Below are positions 27,163-37,185 of a stretch of 54,475 nt of DNA, piece by piece. Origin of the DNA: Myxococcales bacterium. GTDB lineage: Bacteria > Myxococcota_A > Polyangia > Polyangiales > Ga0077539. Position 1 is the stretch's first letter, and each line of letters opens with the position of its first letter. The translations under genes and the position numbers were made by a program. The notes under the pieces are model-generated. The model worked only from the letters and a program-made list of their open reading frames with translations, did not search any database and had not been told where the DNA came from. The DNA is taken from assembly GCA_013298625.1 (NCBI GenBank), contig JAAFIF010000068.1, forward strand, positions 1 through 54,475. Reading direction: 5' to 3'.

Positions 27163-27728
27163 GCGGGGGGATTGCTCTTGGCGATCGCGGCTTCGATGCC
27201 GTCGCGCAAGGTGAGCTCGACGAGCTCGGCCGCGCGATCGAGCACCGCGGGCAGCTCCGCTTGCTCTTCGCGCGAGAACGGCGAGAGCACGTACGAGTCC
27301 ACAGCGCCCACCGTGGGGCGGCCGATCCCGACGCGAATCCGCGCGAAATCAGCGCCCAATCGCGCGGTGATGTCCCGCAGCCCGTTGTGCCCCGCGTGCC
27401 CTCCGCCGAACTTCGCGCGCACTTGCCCGAACGGAAGCTCGAGCTCGTCGTGCACCACGATCACCTTGCCGATCACGAAGCGCTGGTCCATCGCGCACTT
27501 CTGCACGGACTGACCCGAGAGGTTCATGAACGTCTGCGGCATGAGCAGCGAGACCGACTGGCCCGCGAGGATGCCTTTGCACGCGAGGGCGCTGTACTTC
27601 TCGCGCCACTCGGACGCGCCCGCGAGCGAGTGCAGCCGTTCGAGCACCATGAATCCGACGTTGTGGCGGTGCGCGCGGTAGGAGGGACCGGGGTTTCCGA
27701 GGCCGACGAGGAGCATCGACCGCGTCAT
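27135..27728 (-). CDS. pth: peptidyl-tRNA hydrolase
   Basis: LLVGLGNPGPSYRAHRHNVGFMV...GGHAGHNGLRDI. Confidence 0.9.
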   Translation of the reverse strand: MTRSMLLVGLGNPGPSYRAHRHNVGFMVLERLHSLAGASEWREKYSALACKGILAGQSVSLLMPQTFMNLSGQSVQKCAMDQRFVIGKVIVVHDELELPFGQVRAKFGGGHAGHNGLRDITARLGADFARIRVGIGRPTVGAVDSYVLSPFSREEQAELPAVLDRAAELVELTLRDGIEAAIAKSNPPAGKSGKKKP

Positions 27729-27859
27729 GCCGATTCAGCGCGCGCGAGGCAAGGGCGCTGCGATCGCTCGCGACGCCCTCTCGCACATTCGTACAGTCTC
27801 TCCCCCGAAGGTCTCGTCGCTCAGCGCGCCTCCCCGGATGGCGGCGCCGAGCGCGAAGA

Positions 27860-28537
27860 TCACTTCTTCTTGGCGGGCGCTGCGGCCTTGGCGTCCTTGG
27901 CGGGCGCAGCTGCCTTGGCGTCCTTGCCAGCGGCCGGAGCCGCGGCGGCGCCAGCGGCAGGAGCGGCCTCGCCGCGGTCCTTCTCGGGCGCCACGACGGA
28001 GACGATCGTCTGGTTGGCGTCGAGCATCACGCGCACGCCTTCGGCGAGCACGAGGGCCTTGGTGGCGACCGCGTGGTGGAGCTCGACGTTGGTGATGTCG
28101 ACCTCGAGCTTGGCGGGGATCTTGTCGGGCGTGCAGCGGACCGGCAGCTTGCGGAAGATCTGCTGCAGGATTCCACCAGCGGCGACGCCCTTGGACTTGC
28201 CGACGAGCACCAGAGGAACCTCGACGTCCACCGGGCGATCCAGGCTGACCGTGTACAGGTCCGCGTGGAGCAGGTCGCGCGTGACGGGGTGGTGCTCGAA
28301 GTTCTTCACCATCGCGAGCTGATCAACGCCGTCGATCGAGAGCGTGAACACGGTGTTGCGGCCCATGGGCTGGAGCAACACGGTCTTGACCGACTTGGGG
28401 TCGATCGCGATCGACTGCGCGGTCTTGCCCGGTCCGTACACGATGGCGGGGAGCTTGTTGCTCGCGCGGAGGCGGCGGGCAGGGCCCTTTCCCGAGGAGG
28501 CGCGGTTCTGGGCTTCGACTTTGATCGTGGTCTGCAT
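27860..28537 (-). CDS. rplY: 50S ribosomal protein L25/general stress protein Ctc with Lys/Ala-rich tail
   Basis: MQTTIKVEAQNRASSGKGPARRLRASNKLPAIVYG...; the L25 beta-barrel and Ctc C-domain pattern are present. Confidence 0.85.
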   Translation of the reverse strand: MQTTIKVEAQNRASSGKGPARRLRASNKLPAIVYGPGKTAQSIAIDPKSVKTVLLQPMGRNTVFTLSIDGVDQLAMVKNFEHHPVTRDLLHADLYTVSLDRPVDVEVPLVLVGKSKGVAAGGILQQIFRKLPVRCTPDKIPAKLEVDITNVELHHAVATKALVLAEGVRVMLDANQTIVSVVAPEKDRGEAAPAAGAAAAPAAGKDAKAAAPAKDAKAAAPAKKK

Positions 28538-28717
28538 GGCTGGTGTCTCTCCCCCATCCGTTCGTGCAGCGGGGCCCTTCGTGTTCGTGACCGACGACGC
28601 GACCGTTCGCGTGGCTATCGGCAGGGGCCCTTCGGTTGCGAGTGCGCTGCTTCGCGGCCGTGGGAGGGGGCGGGGGTGTATCTCACTGTGTTTCTGCGGT
28701 CAACCAGCGCAGGGCCG

Positions 28718-31700
28718 TCACGGGACGCCCATCGCGTGCTTGATCAGCCCTTCGACGATGCGGCCGAAGCGCCGAACGACCGTGTCCGTGTCGGGCCCGT
28801 CGCACTCGACGTAGTGCGGAAACAGCACCTCGGGCAACGGCTGCACGGCGATCTGCGCGCAGCACATCTTGTGGCGCCGCGTGAGCTCGAGCGCGAGGTG
28901 CTTGAGCGACGCCGCAGAGCACTCGGTGGGCATTCCGTCGGAGATCATCACCAGCAATTTCGCACGCCGACGCGAGGCGCGCGCGACGTTGGCCGCGTGC
29001 CACAGGGCGCCCGCGTCGTTGTTGCCTCCGCCCGCTTCGAGCGCGTGCACCGCGGGGCACCGCGCGTCGCCGGCGTCGTAGATCACCCTGTCGGTGAAGC
29101 CGAAGATGCGCACATCGACGCTGGGCATCGCGCGGGCGGCCTCGGCGATGAGCGCGCCGAAGAGCCTCGCGCGCGGCATGTTCTCGCCGCTCGCCATCGA
29201 GCCCGAGCAGTCGATCACGACGCCAATGAACAGGTCGGTCTTCACTTGGATCTCTCGCGCGATGAGCACGCGAGGGTCGCCGCGGGTCACGAGCGCGCGC
29301 GTTCGGGGCGCGTCCACGCGTCGACCCCGCAAGCGAAGGCGCTCGGGCTGCAAGTGAAGGCCGAGCCGCTCGAGGTAGACCCGCAGCGTCCCGGCCGAGC
29401 GACGGACGCGCGTCGAGAGGGCGTGGTGCTTCGAGCTCTCGTAGCGCACGCGAACGACCTCGGTGATCAAGTCGAAATCCGTCGCCTCCGTGACGTTGAG
29501 CCAGCGCTTCGCGCCGGGGCGAGCGCCGGACATCCCGTCGTCCTCGCTGCGCTTGGGGTTGACGATGCGGTCGACCTCGCGGCGGATCTCTTCGTCGGTG
29601 ATGCCTTCGGTCGCGCGCTCGACGTCGCCGGGCTCTCCTTGGCCCACGTCCTCGTGCGTCGAGCAGACCCCGAGCAGCCGGCACTCGTCGCCGAAGATCG
29701 CGCGCACCTCGCGGGCGATCGCGAGCAGCTCGCGCATGGTGCTCTTGCGAAACGCTGTTCCTGAGAAGAGGGCGAGCGCGCGGGAGACCTTCTCGTCGTT
29801 GTGCCGATCGCCCAGGCCCATGCGCAGCGCGCGCACCCAACGGGCGAAGCTCGACCCGGATTTCTCCAGCGCTTGCAGCAGGCGACCGTGCTCGACGATC
29901 ACGCTCTGCGCGTCGATGGCGAAGCGCACCGACGCGGTCGAGAGCACCTCGAGCATCGCGCCCCGCAGCACGTCGAACAGCGTGTCGATCGCGATCGGCC
30001 GGTCCATGTGCTGAAACGCGTACGCCGTCAGCTTCTTGAGCCTGTCGCCGTACTCCGCGTCGAGCGCGCGGATGTTGCGCTCGAGGTGCTCGTCGGCGAC
30101 CAGGTTGAGCAGCGGCCCGATGCCCTCCGCTGCGCCCTCGTCCCACGCCTCGCGCTGCTCGACGCCGCGGTGATACCGGTGGTGCCCGAGCTCGTGCAGG
30201 ATCAGCCCCTCGACCACGGCGCGACCGAAGCGCTCCCCGCGCAGCAGCGGGAGGGCGCTGATGAAGATCCGATCCTCGTCGAGCCGCGTGTACCCGAGCG
30301 TCTGATCGCGCGCGAGCTGCAGGGACATCGCGCGGCCGGTCAGCTCGACGCTCACGAGCGCTCCCCACGCGAACGTCTTGGCGATCGCGCGCAGCTTCGC
30401 CGTTCGCGCTGTGCGAAAGAACCGCCCTCGGTTCAGCTCGTTGATCGCCGCTTGTCGGGTCTCTGCGAGGCTCGCGCCCGAGAGCAGCTGCGACCACAGC
30501 TGGCTCGCGATCGCGGGGCAGGCGCGCAGCAGCTCGATCAGCGCGCTCTCGGCGATCGTTTGCGCTCCTCCCGTAAGCGCTGCGTCGACCATGGCCGAGA
30601 CGTGCTCGGGCGAAGCTGCGCCGAGCCAGTCGGGCGCGCCCGTCGGCTCCGCGAACCATCCCTGCGCGAGCACCACGAAGCCCGCGGTCGCGCCCCGCGC
30701 CCACAGCCAGCGCGCTGCGCGCCGACGAAGCGCGTCTTCGCTGGCGGGCAAGCGCAACAGCGCGCGCTCGACCTCGACCGCGAGCGTCCTACGGCCGTCG
30801 TCCGTCGCGTACGGGCCGTCCGCGAAGTCCGAGTTGGACAGAATACGTCCGAGCACGAACGTCGCGTTCGCCGCGCACGACGCGCCGAGGAGCTCGACGC
30901 TGACCTCGATCTCTCGTGGGCCGAGCGCGGCGAAGAGCGCGCCCATCGTCGCGTCAGTGAGCCTCGTGTCCGCCGAGCGCGCTCGTTGGATCGCGCGATC
31001 GAGCGCGGCCACTTCGCCCCGCGCGACGCGGGCGAGCTCGATCTCGACGGCGGTCTGCGCGCCGATCGCCGCGAGCGCCGCGTCGAGACGCGCGCGCATC
31101 GGGCCGGTCCACGACGGGCTCATCGCGATGATCGCGGCGCGCGCGGGCGAGGGAGGATCCATCGCGAGCGCGTCGATGAGCGTGAACCGGCGCTCGTCTG
31201 GGGCCGAATCGAGCTCGCGCGCCACGCGCTCGGCGTCCGTGGTCCGCAGCTCCTTGAGCCTCTCGCGCAGCGCGCGCGCCTCCGCAGAGAGCTCTGCGCG
31301 CTTGCTCACCGGCCGCTCGAGCCACGGGGCCAGCAGCGCAGCGCGCGCGGCTGGCAGCTGTCGTCGCGCCTCGCGAGCGTGCGACTCGAACGGCTCGATC
31401 AGCGCGCGTCCCGCGCTCGTGCGGCTGAGCGCGACCAGCAGCAGCGCCGCGTTGTCGCGCACGATCTCCCGGTCGTCGCCGCGCGCTTCGTCGAGCGCGA
31501 GCGCCACGACCGGCTGCCAGAGCGAGGCCTCGAACAGCGCGCCTCCGTCGCGCCCCGCGGTGATCTCGACGGCGCGCGCTGCCGCCGCCCACGCGCGCGC
31601 TGCGAGCTCGGGCGGCCATGGATCCAGCGTCGAGAGCACGTGCTCGATCGATCCGTGCCTGCGCGCGATCTCGACGAAGCGCAGCGCGTGCCGCTCCCAG

Positions 31701-33787
31701 CGATACAGCCACGCGCTCGCGAGCAGACCGAGGTCCGTTCGGTGCGCGAGGTGCGTCGCCGCGAGCTCGTCGAGCAGCTCGCGCTCGGCTTCTTCACGGG
31801 GCCAGTACATCGGCAGCACCGTCGCGACGTGCTCGGGCCCGTCGTCCGCGCGCAGCAGCGCCGCGCAGATCAGCGCCGCTGGCTTGGGCTCGTCGCGGTG
31901 CTCGAAGGCCGCAGCCACGCCGCGCGTCGGCCAGTGCAAAAACGGCACGATCGTCGTGGCCAGCGTCGCGTCGTCGACGTACGTGAGGTCGTCGAGCGCC
32001 GCAGCGTCGGGGCGCTGGATCGGCGCCGACGTCTCGATCTCGGCCGTCACCTCGGCGCGCTCGACGGTCTCGGCGGTCACGACCCGCAGCGCGCGATCGA
32101 GCTCGATCCGCGCGAGGGACACGGCCGTTGCGAGCGAGCACCGGCGCTGGGCGCTCAGCGCGTCGAGCAGCGCGCGGGCGGCGTCCGTGTCGGGCTCGTT
32201 GCGCGCGCGCAGCGCGGACGCAAGCGTGTCCGCGGGCTGAGCGTCGAGCGCGTCGACGAGCCACGCGAACACCGTGGGCGAGGGCGGCGCGCCCTTCGTG
32301 CAGTGATCCCAGAGCGCTTCGACCGCCGCGGCGCCGAGCCTGCGCGCGACGATGACCCTCGGATCGGACGCGGAGATGTGCGGGCGCGCGCGTCGAGCGT
32401 GCTCGAGGAGGGCTTCGAGCGCAGCGCGCGGCCCGAAGAGCTCGACGACGCGCTCTGCACACGGGCCGCCGAGCTCGAGCGTCGCCGTCGCGAGCTGCGT
32501 CACGGCGCTCGGAGTTCGAGCCTCCACGATGGACGCGAGCCGTTGCCACAGCGCGATCGACGACGACGGCTCGACGACGAGCAGCGCGGCTTCGCGCGGG
32601 TGCGCTTCGATCGCCGCGACGAGCGCGTCTTCGCCGACGAACGCGAGCGACCGCTCTGCGCTGCTCCGCTGGTCGATGTGCGCGATCGACGCGAGCAACG
32701 TGAGGCGCTCGGCGTCGAGCGGGGCGCTCGGGTCGCGGCGAAGCGGGTGGCGCTCGGCGAGCGCGCGCGCAGCCTCGGCGTTGGCCGTAGTGATCATGCT
32801 CGAGGCGACGCGCGCGCGGATCGCGATCGCGCACCACGCAGGGTGCAGCGGAATCGAGACGAGCGTCTGCGGCGCGAACAAGAAGCACGCGACCACGCCT
32901 CCCGCGGACCAGCTGCCCTTTCGCTTGAACAGCGCCCACGCCGAGGCCGCGATGCGCACGCGCGTCGCGTCGTCGTCGCACTCGCACACGAGGCGCCACC
33001 AGAGCGTCGCGCTCGGGTCGGGAGGCGTCGCGTCGGACCACTCGAGCCCGAGCAGCTCGTCGATGGCGTCGAAGGTTTCGGGATCAGCGGCGTCGGGCTC
33101 GGCGTCGATCGAGCGCGCCGGCTGCTGCGCGATCCACTCATTGAGGGCCTCGCGCGCGACCTTGGCGACGTACGCGACGGCGAGCGGCGCTTCGATCCAA
33201 CCTCGACGAACGGCGTCGAGCACGAACAGCACGCCCGCCGGCGGCGTCGCGCTCGCGCTCGCGAGCCACGCGCGCAGGCGCGCTTCGACTTGCGGGCGAA
33301 GCGTCGGGTCTGCGAGCAGCGGGAGCTCGTAGAGCTCGGCGCCCACCGGCGCGCCGACGGCGATGGCGCTCGCGCGCACGTCGTCGCGTCGGTGCGTGGT
33401 GGCGACGAGCCAACGGCCGGGCTCCGCGGCGCTGAGCGTTCGAAGCGAGCGGATGGCGGCTGCGCGGACGGCGTCGTGATCGTCGTCGAGCCCTCGCTCG
33501 ATGGCGTCGCGCGCCCGGCCTCCGCGCGCGCCAGAGAGCGCGCTCAGCGCCGCCGCGCGGACCGCTGGCCGCCCGTCGGCGAGCGCGGCGTTGCTGAGCG
33601 CTCCGAGCCAGGCGAGACGGCGTCGCAGCGAGCGCGCGGCGAGCTCGTACATCGCGCGCACAACCGACGCCTCTGGGGTCTGATCCGCTCCGTCGGTGAG
33701 CGCGCGATAGAGCGCGATGTCGTTGATGTGCGGCGCAGCGCGGAGCGCGTCGTCGGCTGGGGCAGAGTGCGTGGGTTGGTCGTGCAC
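28718..33787 (-). CDS. giant (1689 aa) HEAT/ARM-like repeat protein with C-terminal putative HExxH metallopeptidase and VWA domains
   Basis: The C-terminal VWA MIDAS motif is VVIDCSGSMASG...LLVMISDGMPT. LILHELGHHRYH is a putative metallopeptidase motif. The N-terminal 1200 aa are Ala/Leu/Arg-rich helical repeats (DDDHDAVRAAAIRSLRTL). The plus-strand ORF 29801..33799 is the Arg-rich antisense. Confidence 0.75.
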   Translation of the reverse strand: MHDQPTHSAPADDALRAAPHINDIALYRALTDGADQTPEASVVRAMYELAARSLRRRLAWLGALSNAALADGRPAVRAAALSALSGARGGRARDAIERGLDDDHDAVRAAAIRSLRTLSAAEPGRWLVATTHRRDDVRASAIAVGAPVGAELYELPLLADPTLRPQVEARLRAWLASASATPPAGVLFVLDAVRRGWIEAPLAVAYVAKVAREALNEWIAQQPARSIDAEPDAADPETFDAIDELLGLEWSDATPPDPSATLWWRLVCECDDDATRVRIAASAWALFKRKGSWSAGGVVACFLFAPQTLVSIPLHPAWCAIAIRARVASSMITTANAEAARALAERHPLRRDPSAPLDAERLTLLASIAHIDQRSSAERSLAFVGEDALVAAIEAHPREAALLVVEPSSSIALWQRLASIVEARTPSAVTQLATATLELGGPCAERVVELFGPRAALEALLEHARRARPHISASDPRVIVARRLGAAAVEALWDHCTKGAPPSPTVFAWLVDALDAQPADTLASALRARNEPDTDAARALLDALSAQRRCSLATAVSLARIELDRALRVVTAETVERAEVTAEIETSAPIQRPDAAALDDLTYVDDATLATTIVPFLHWPTRGVAAAFEHRDEPKPAALICAALLRADDGPEHVATVLPMYWPREEAERELLDELAATHLAHRTDLGLLASAWLYRWERHALRFVEIARRHGSIEHVLSTLDPWPPELAARAWAAAARAVEITAGRDGGALFEASLWQPVVALALDEARGDDREIVRDNAALLLVALSRTSAGRALIEPFESHAREARRQLPAARAALLAPWLERPVSKRAELSAEARALRERLKELRTTDAERVARELDSAPDERRFTLIDALAMDPPSPARAAIIAMSPSWTGPMRARLDAALAAIGAQTAVEIELARVARGEVAALDRAIQRARSADTRLTDATMGALFAALGPREIEVSVELLGASCAANATFVLGRILSNSDFADGPYATDDGRRTLAVEVERALLRLPASEDALRRRAARWLWARGATAGFVVLAQGWFAEPTGAPDWLGAASPEHVSAMVDAALTGGAQTIAESALIELLRACPAIASQLWSQLLSGASLAETRQAAINELNRGRFFRTARTAKLRAIAKTFAWGALVSVELTGRAMSLQLARDQTLGYTRLDEDRIFISALPLLRGERFGRAVVEGLILHELGHHRYHRGVEQREAWDEGAAEGIGPLLNLVADEHLERNIRALDAEYGDRLKKLTAYAFQHMDRPIAIDTLFDVLRGAMLEVLSTASVRFAIDAQSVIVEHGRLLQALEKSGSSFARWVRALRMGLGDRHNDEKVSRALALFSGTAFRKSTMRELLAIAREVRAIFGDECRLLGVCSTHEDVGQGEPGDVERATEGITDEEIRREVDRIVNPKRSEDDGMSGARPGAKRWLNVTEATDFDLITEVVRVRYESSKHHALSTRVRRSAGTLRVYLERLGLHLQPERLRLRGRRVDAPRTRALVTRGDPRVLIAREIQVKTDLFIGVVIDCSGSMASGENMPRARLFGALIAEAARAMPSVDVRIFGFTDRVIYDAGDARCPAVHALEAGGGNNDAGALWHAANVARASRRRAKLLVMISDGMPTECSAASLKHLALELTRRHKMCCAQIAVQPLPEVLFPHYVECDGPDTDTVVRRFGRIVEGLIKHAMGVP

Positions 33788-33934
33788 GGCGGCTCTTGAT
33801 CGAGCGTTGTAAACCGACTCGCGACGCTGCGGGGCGTCTGCGCGTGGATATCTGCGGGAGAAATAGCAACGCAGCGGCCGCGAGTGTCGCGCGGTCGCTG
33901 CGTTCGGAGCGTCGTTGCGCGCCGAGGTGACAGG

Positions 33935-34050
33935 CTCTACCGCGCCCGCGACGGTCGTCGATGAACGTCACTGCGCAGCGGCGGTTGAAATGAAGTCGAA
34001 CCACCACCGCGCACGGAGAAAGCTACGATGCCCGTTGCGGCAATGGTTGA
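33935..34050 (+). repeat. ~125-bp repeat family, copy 3
   Basis: CTACCGCGCCCGCGACGG...GCGGTTGAAATGAAGTCGAACCACCACCGCGCACGGAGAAAGCTACGATGCCCGTTGCGGCAATGGTTGAG is about 80% identical to copy 2. It lies about 150 bp upstream of the giant gene's start. Confidence 0.55.
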
Positions 34051-34779
34051 GCGACTGCCTGCCGGCAGATCGAACGTCAGAGCGGAGAGCGACGCTGTGG
34101 GCCATCGATCGTTCGGTTGAGTGGAAGACGGTGTGTCCAAAGACGCCCGGTCGGTGGTGCTGATTGGGCATCGGATCCCGCGCGCGACTGCTCCCACCAG
34201 AGAAGTCGCCGAACTCGCGCGGTCGTCGTGGCTCTCGCGATCGTCGCCGTTCGCTTCGATCGCAGCCGTGGCTGCTGCTCACCCTCGGCGATCGTCGCGT
34301 CGGTCCACGAAGGAAACGCGGGCGGCGATCGGGGGGTGAACAACGTGTGTCTCGTGAAGTGCGGCCCTCAGGTCTCTCGAATCCCTCTGCGCCTGCGCGG
34401 CGGACGCCGCGGAGGCCGTGCTGGTCGAGCGCTCAACGCGCCGCTGGCTTCGTGGTGAAGACAGCGTGCGCTGGCGCTGCGGGGGGCGGCGCGCGGATTC
34501 GCTCCGCGTGCGCGATGCCCCTTCGGGCCCGCGCGTGCCGCCTCGTGTGAAGGCGGATCATGTTGGTCAGTCCTTTCACTGGTGAGTTCGCGTCGTCGTG
34601 AAAAAGAGCGGGCCGCGGTGGTGGCTCTGACCTCGCGCTTGCTCGCGCCGAGGTGTCAGCCTCCCGATGCTCTCGACGGCGCGCGTCGGTGACGCACGAG
34701 ATCGCGAGCGGCGACGGTTTCGGACACTAGTCATCCTCGCCCGCTTCGCAAGGTGGCGCGCTACGCTCGCGGCCTCACT

Positions 34780-35682
34780 ATGTCCAAGCAACCACCGCAG
34801 CCTGGTCCGCCCTCGCGCGCGGCGCAGATGCGCCCCGAGACCGTGCGTCGCGTGGGCGTGCGCAGTCAGCGCTTCGCGGACCTCTATCACTTTCTGCTCA
34901 CGACGAGCTGGCCGCGGTTCTTCGCGCTGGTGACGATCGCGTACCTCGCGGTCAACGCGCTGTTCGCTGGGCTGTACCTGCTCGATCGCGACGCGCTCGA
35001 CGGCGCGACGGGCCGGCCCGCGCTCGACGCGTTCTTCTTCTCGGTCCAGACCATGGCCACCATCGGCTACGGAAAAATGACCCCGAAGACCCCCTTCGCG
35101 AACATCCTCGTCACGATCGAAGCGCTGATCGGAATGCTCGCGATGGCCATGGCGACCGGCCTCATGTTCGCCAAGTTCTCGCGGCCCACGGCGCGCGTGC
35201 TCTTCTCGGACACGTGCGTGATCCACGCGCGAGACGGCGTTGAGACGCTGGTGTTTCGCATGGTCAACGAGCGCACGACGCAGATCGTCGAGGCGCAAGT
35301 GCACGTGGTGCTGCTCACCGACGAGACGACCGCCGAGGGCGAGCGCATCCGACGGCTGCGAGACCTCACGCTCGTGCGCTCCAACACGCCGGCGTTCTCG
35401 CTCAGCTGGGTGGTGTTTCATCGCATCGAAGGCGACAGCCCCATGCTCGGCCTCGACGCAGCGGCGCTCGCCGCGAAAAACGCGGCGATCCTCGTGTCGT
35501 TTATGGGCCTCGACGAGTCCTTCAACGCGACGGTGCACGTGCGAAAGTTCTACACGTTCGAAGAGCTCCGCTTCGGCCGCCGCTTCGTCGACATCTTGAA
35601 GGACGACGGCGAGTCTCGCTTGCTCGACCTGACCAAGGTGCACGAGACCGAGCCCGAGACCATCACCGCGCCGCGCGCTTGA
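34780..35682 (+). CDS. inward-rectifier potassium channel, KirBac family
   Basis: Selectivity filter TIGYG in FFFSVQTMATIGYGKMTP, two TM helices, and a C-terminal cytoplasmic Ig-like domain. Confidence 0.85.
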   Translation: MSKQPPQPGPPSRAAQMRPETVRRVGVRSQRFADLYHFLLTTSWPRFFALVTIAYLAVNALFAGLYLLDRDALDGATGRPALDAFFFSVQTMATIGYGKMTPKTPFANILVTIEALIGMLAMAMATGLMFAKFSRPTARVLFSDTCVIHARDGVETLVFRMVNERTTQIVEAQVHVVLLTDETTAEGERIRRLRDLTLVRSNTPAFSLSWVVFHRIEGDSPMLGLDAAALAAKNAAILVSFMGLDESFNATVHVRKFYTFEELRFGRRFVDILKDDGESRLLDLTKVHETEPETITAPRA

Positions 35683-35697
35683 TCGCGCCGCGGGCGC

Positions 35698-37185
35698 TCA
35701 ATCGAAGCACGCCAGCAGCGCTCGAACGCGCTCACGCAGCGCGCCGCGATCGCCCTCGCCAACGGCCCACGCGCCGCTCAGCCGCTCGCACTCGGTCACG
35801 AGCGCGACGTACGCGCCGCGCAGCTGCGCCGCCCTCGGCGCGCGGGCGACCCACGGCGCCGACCACACCGGAACCACCTCGCTCACCCACGCCGCGCTCG
35901 CCCCGTCCTCGCACAGCCGCGCGAGCACCTTCGCCCGCGCCTCGAGCGCTGCGATCCGCGCCCGCCCTGCCGCTGTGTGCGCAGAGCGATGCCCCTCGAG
36001 CGCGCGCCGCTCGACCTCGCACTCTGCGAGCGCGCCAGCCGCGTCGATCGCCTCGATCGCCTCGATCACCGCTTCTTCGCCGCTCGCGATCACCACGCTC
36101 GGGTCGCCGCGACCTTCGTCGTACTCGCGCAGCTCAGAAGAGCCAGGCTCGAGCGTGTCCGCGCCCCTCGGCGCGCTGATCGCGCGACGCAAGCACCGAC
36201 GGCCTTCGAGCACAGCAGCGAGCCGCTCGTCGCTGAGGTCCAAGGCCAGCGCCACCATCGAGCCGCACGGCCCCGCCACGAGCGTCGCAGGGTGCAAGAG
36301 CTTCGTCGGCAGCGGCAGGTGCCCGATGCGGCACAGCGTTCGAGCAGCGCGCATCGACTCGACGCCGCACTGCTCGCACGCGGCCCCCGCGGTGTCGCGG
36401 CCCGAGAGCGCCCCGCACAAGCACACGAAATCAAGACCCGTCCCGAACACCCGCGCGCAGCGCAGGCTCTCTGCGACCGCGGGATCTTCGCTGGCGTTCG
36501 AAACCACGCCCGTGGATCGCGACAGCCACGCCTCGGGCGCAGGCAACATCGGCGGCTCGCCGTCGGTCCACTTCGCTGTGAACCACGCGAGCGCAGGCGC
36601 GAGCCCGATGAGCTGCGCCGTGATGTCGTCGTCGTCCGCGCGATCGGCTTCGGCTTCGAGCTCCGTCGCGCTGGCTTCGTCGCCGACGGCCCTCGCGTCC
36701 CGCGCCAACGCGCGGGCGCACTCGTGCACGAGCCACGCCCTGGTCTCGGTCTCCGCGCACTGCCGCGCGAGCTCGATGGCTCGAGTCCACGCGGCGCTCG
36801 CGCCCGTGGCGTCACCGACGAGCTCGAACGCCTGCGCGAGGTCGACCTTCGCTTCTGCGAGCGCGTCGATCGGGCCCGATGCTTGCCATCGCTCGGCGCG
36901 CTCGAGCAGCGCGATGGCAGCGCGCGCGCGCCCCACAGCGAGCTCGTCGCGCGCGAGGCGCCGAGCGATCAGCGCCGCGTGAGCGCCCGCCACGTCGCCG
37001 AGCGAAGAAGGGTCCACTCCGATGGCGTCGAGCAGGTCCAGCGCGGCGCGCGCGTGGTCGTCACGGTCGAGCTCGGCCGAGAGCAGCCGCGGGTGGGTCA
37101 TCTGCTCGGCGCGCTGGGCGAGCAGCGCGCGCTGCGCGTCGGGGTCGTCGAGCGCTCGATCTTCGAGCGACCGCGGGTCGGTCAT
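35698..37185 (-). CDS. hypothetical protein with TPR-like N-terminus and RNAP beta'-like zinc-ribbon motif
   Basis: ATG at 37185 overlaps the lipB stop (ATGA). The motif FVCLCGALSGRDTAGAACEQCGVE resembles the beta' CxCGK...CExCGVEV zinc site. Confidence 0.55.
   Translation of the reverse strand: MTDPRSLEDRALDDPDAQRALLAQRAEQMTHPRLLSAELDRDDHARAALDLLDAIGVDPSSLGDVAGAHAALIARRLARDELAVGRARAAIALLERAERWQASGPIDALAEAKVDLAQAFELVGDATGASAAWTRAIELARQCAETETRAWLVHECARALARDARAVGDEASATELEAEADRADDDDITAQLIGLAPALAWFTAKWTDGEPPMLPAPEAWLSRSTGVVSNASEDPAVAESLRCARVFGTGLDFVCLCGALSGRDTAGAACEQCGVESMRAARTLCRIGHLPLPTKLLHPATLVAGPCGSMVALALDLSDERLAAVLEGRRCLRRAISAPRGADTLEPGSSELREYDEGRGDPSVVIASGEEAVIEAIEAIDAAGALAECEVERRALEGHRSAHTAAGRARIAALEARAKVLARLCEDGASAAWVSEVVPVWSAPWVARAPRAAQLRGAYVALVTECERLSGAWAVGEGDRGALRERVRALLACFD

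Noticed and set aside
29801-33799. 1332-aa plus-strand ORF
   Set aside because: It is Arg/Ala-rich and low-complexity with no motifs. It is the antisense of the HEAT-HExxH-VWA gene, whose domains are recognisable on the minus strand.
34050-34779. Coding potential or riboswitch in the 730-bp region upstream of the Kir channel gene
   Set aside because: Only Arg-rich frames exist and there is no codon bias. I could not recognise a known riboswitch consensus by eye, so I left it unannotated.
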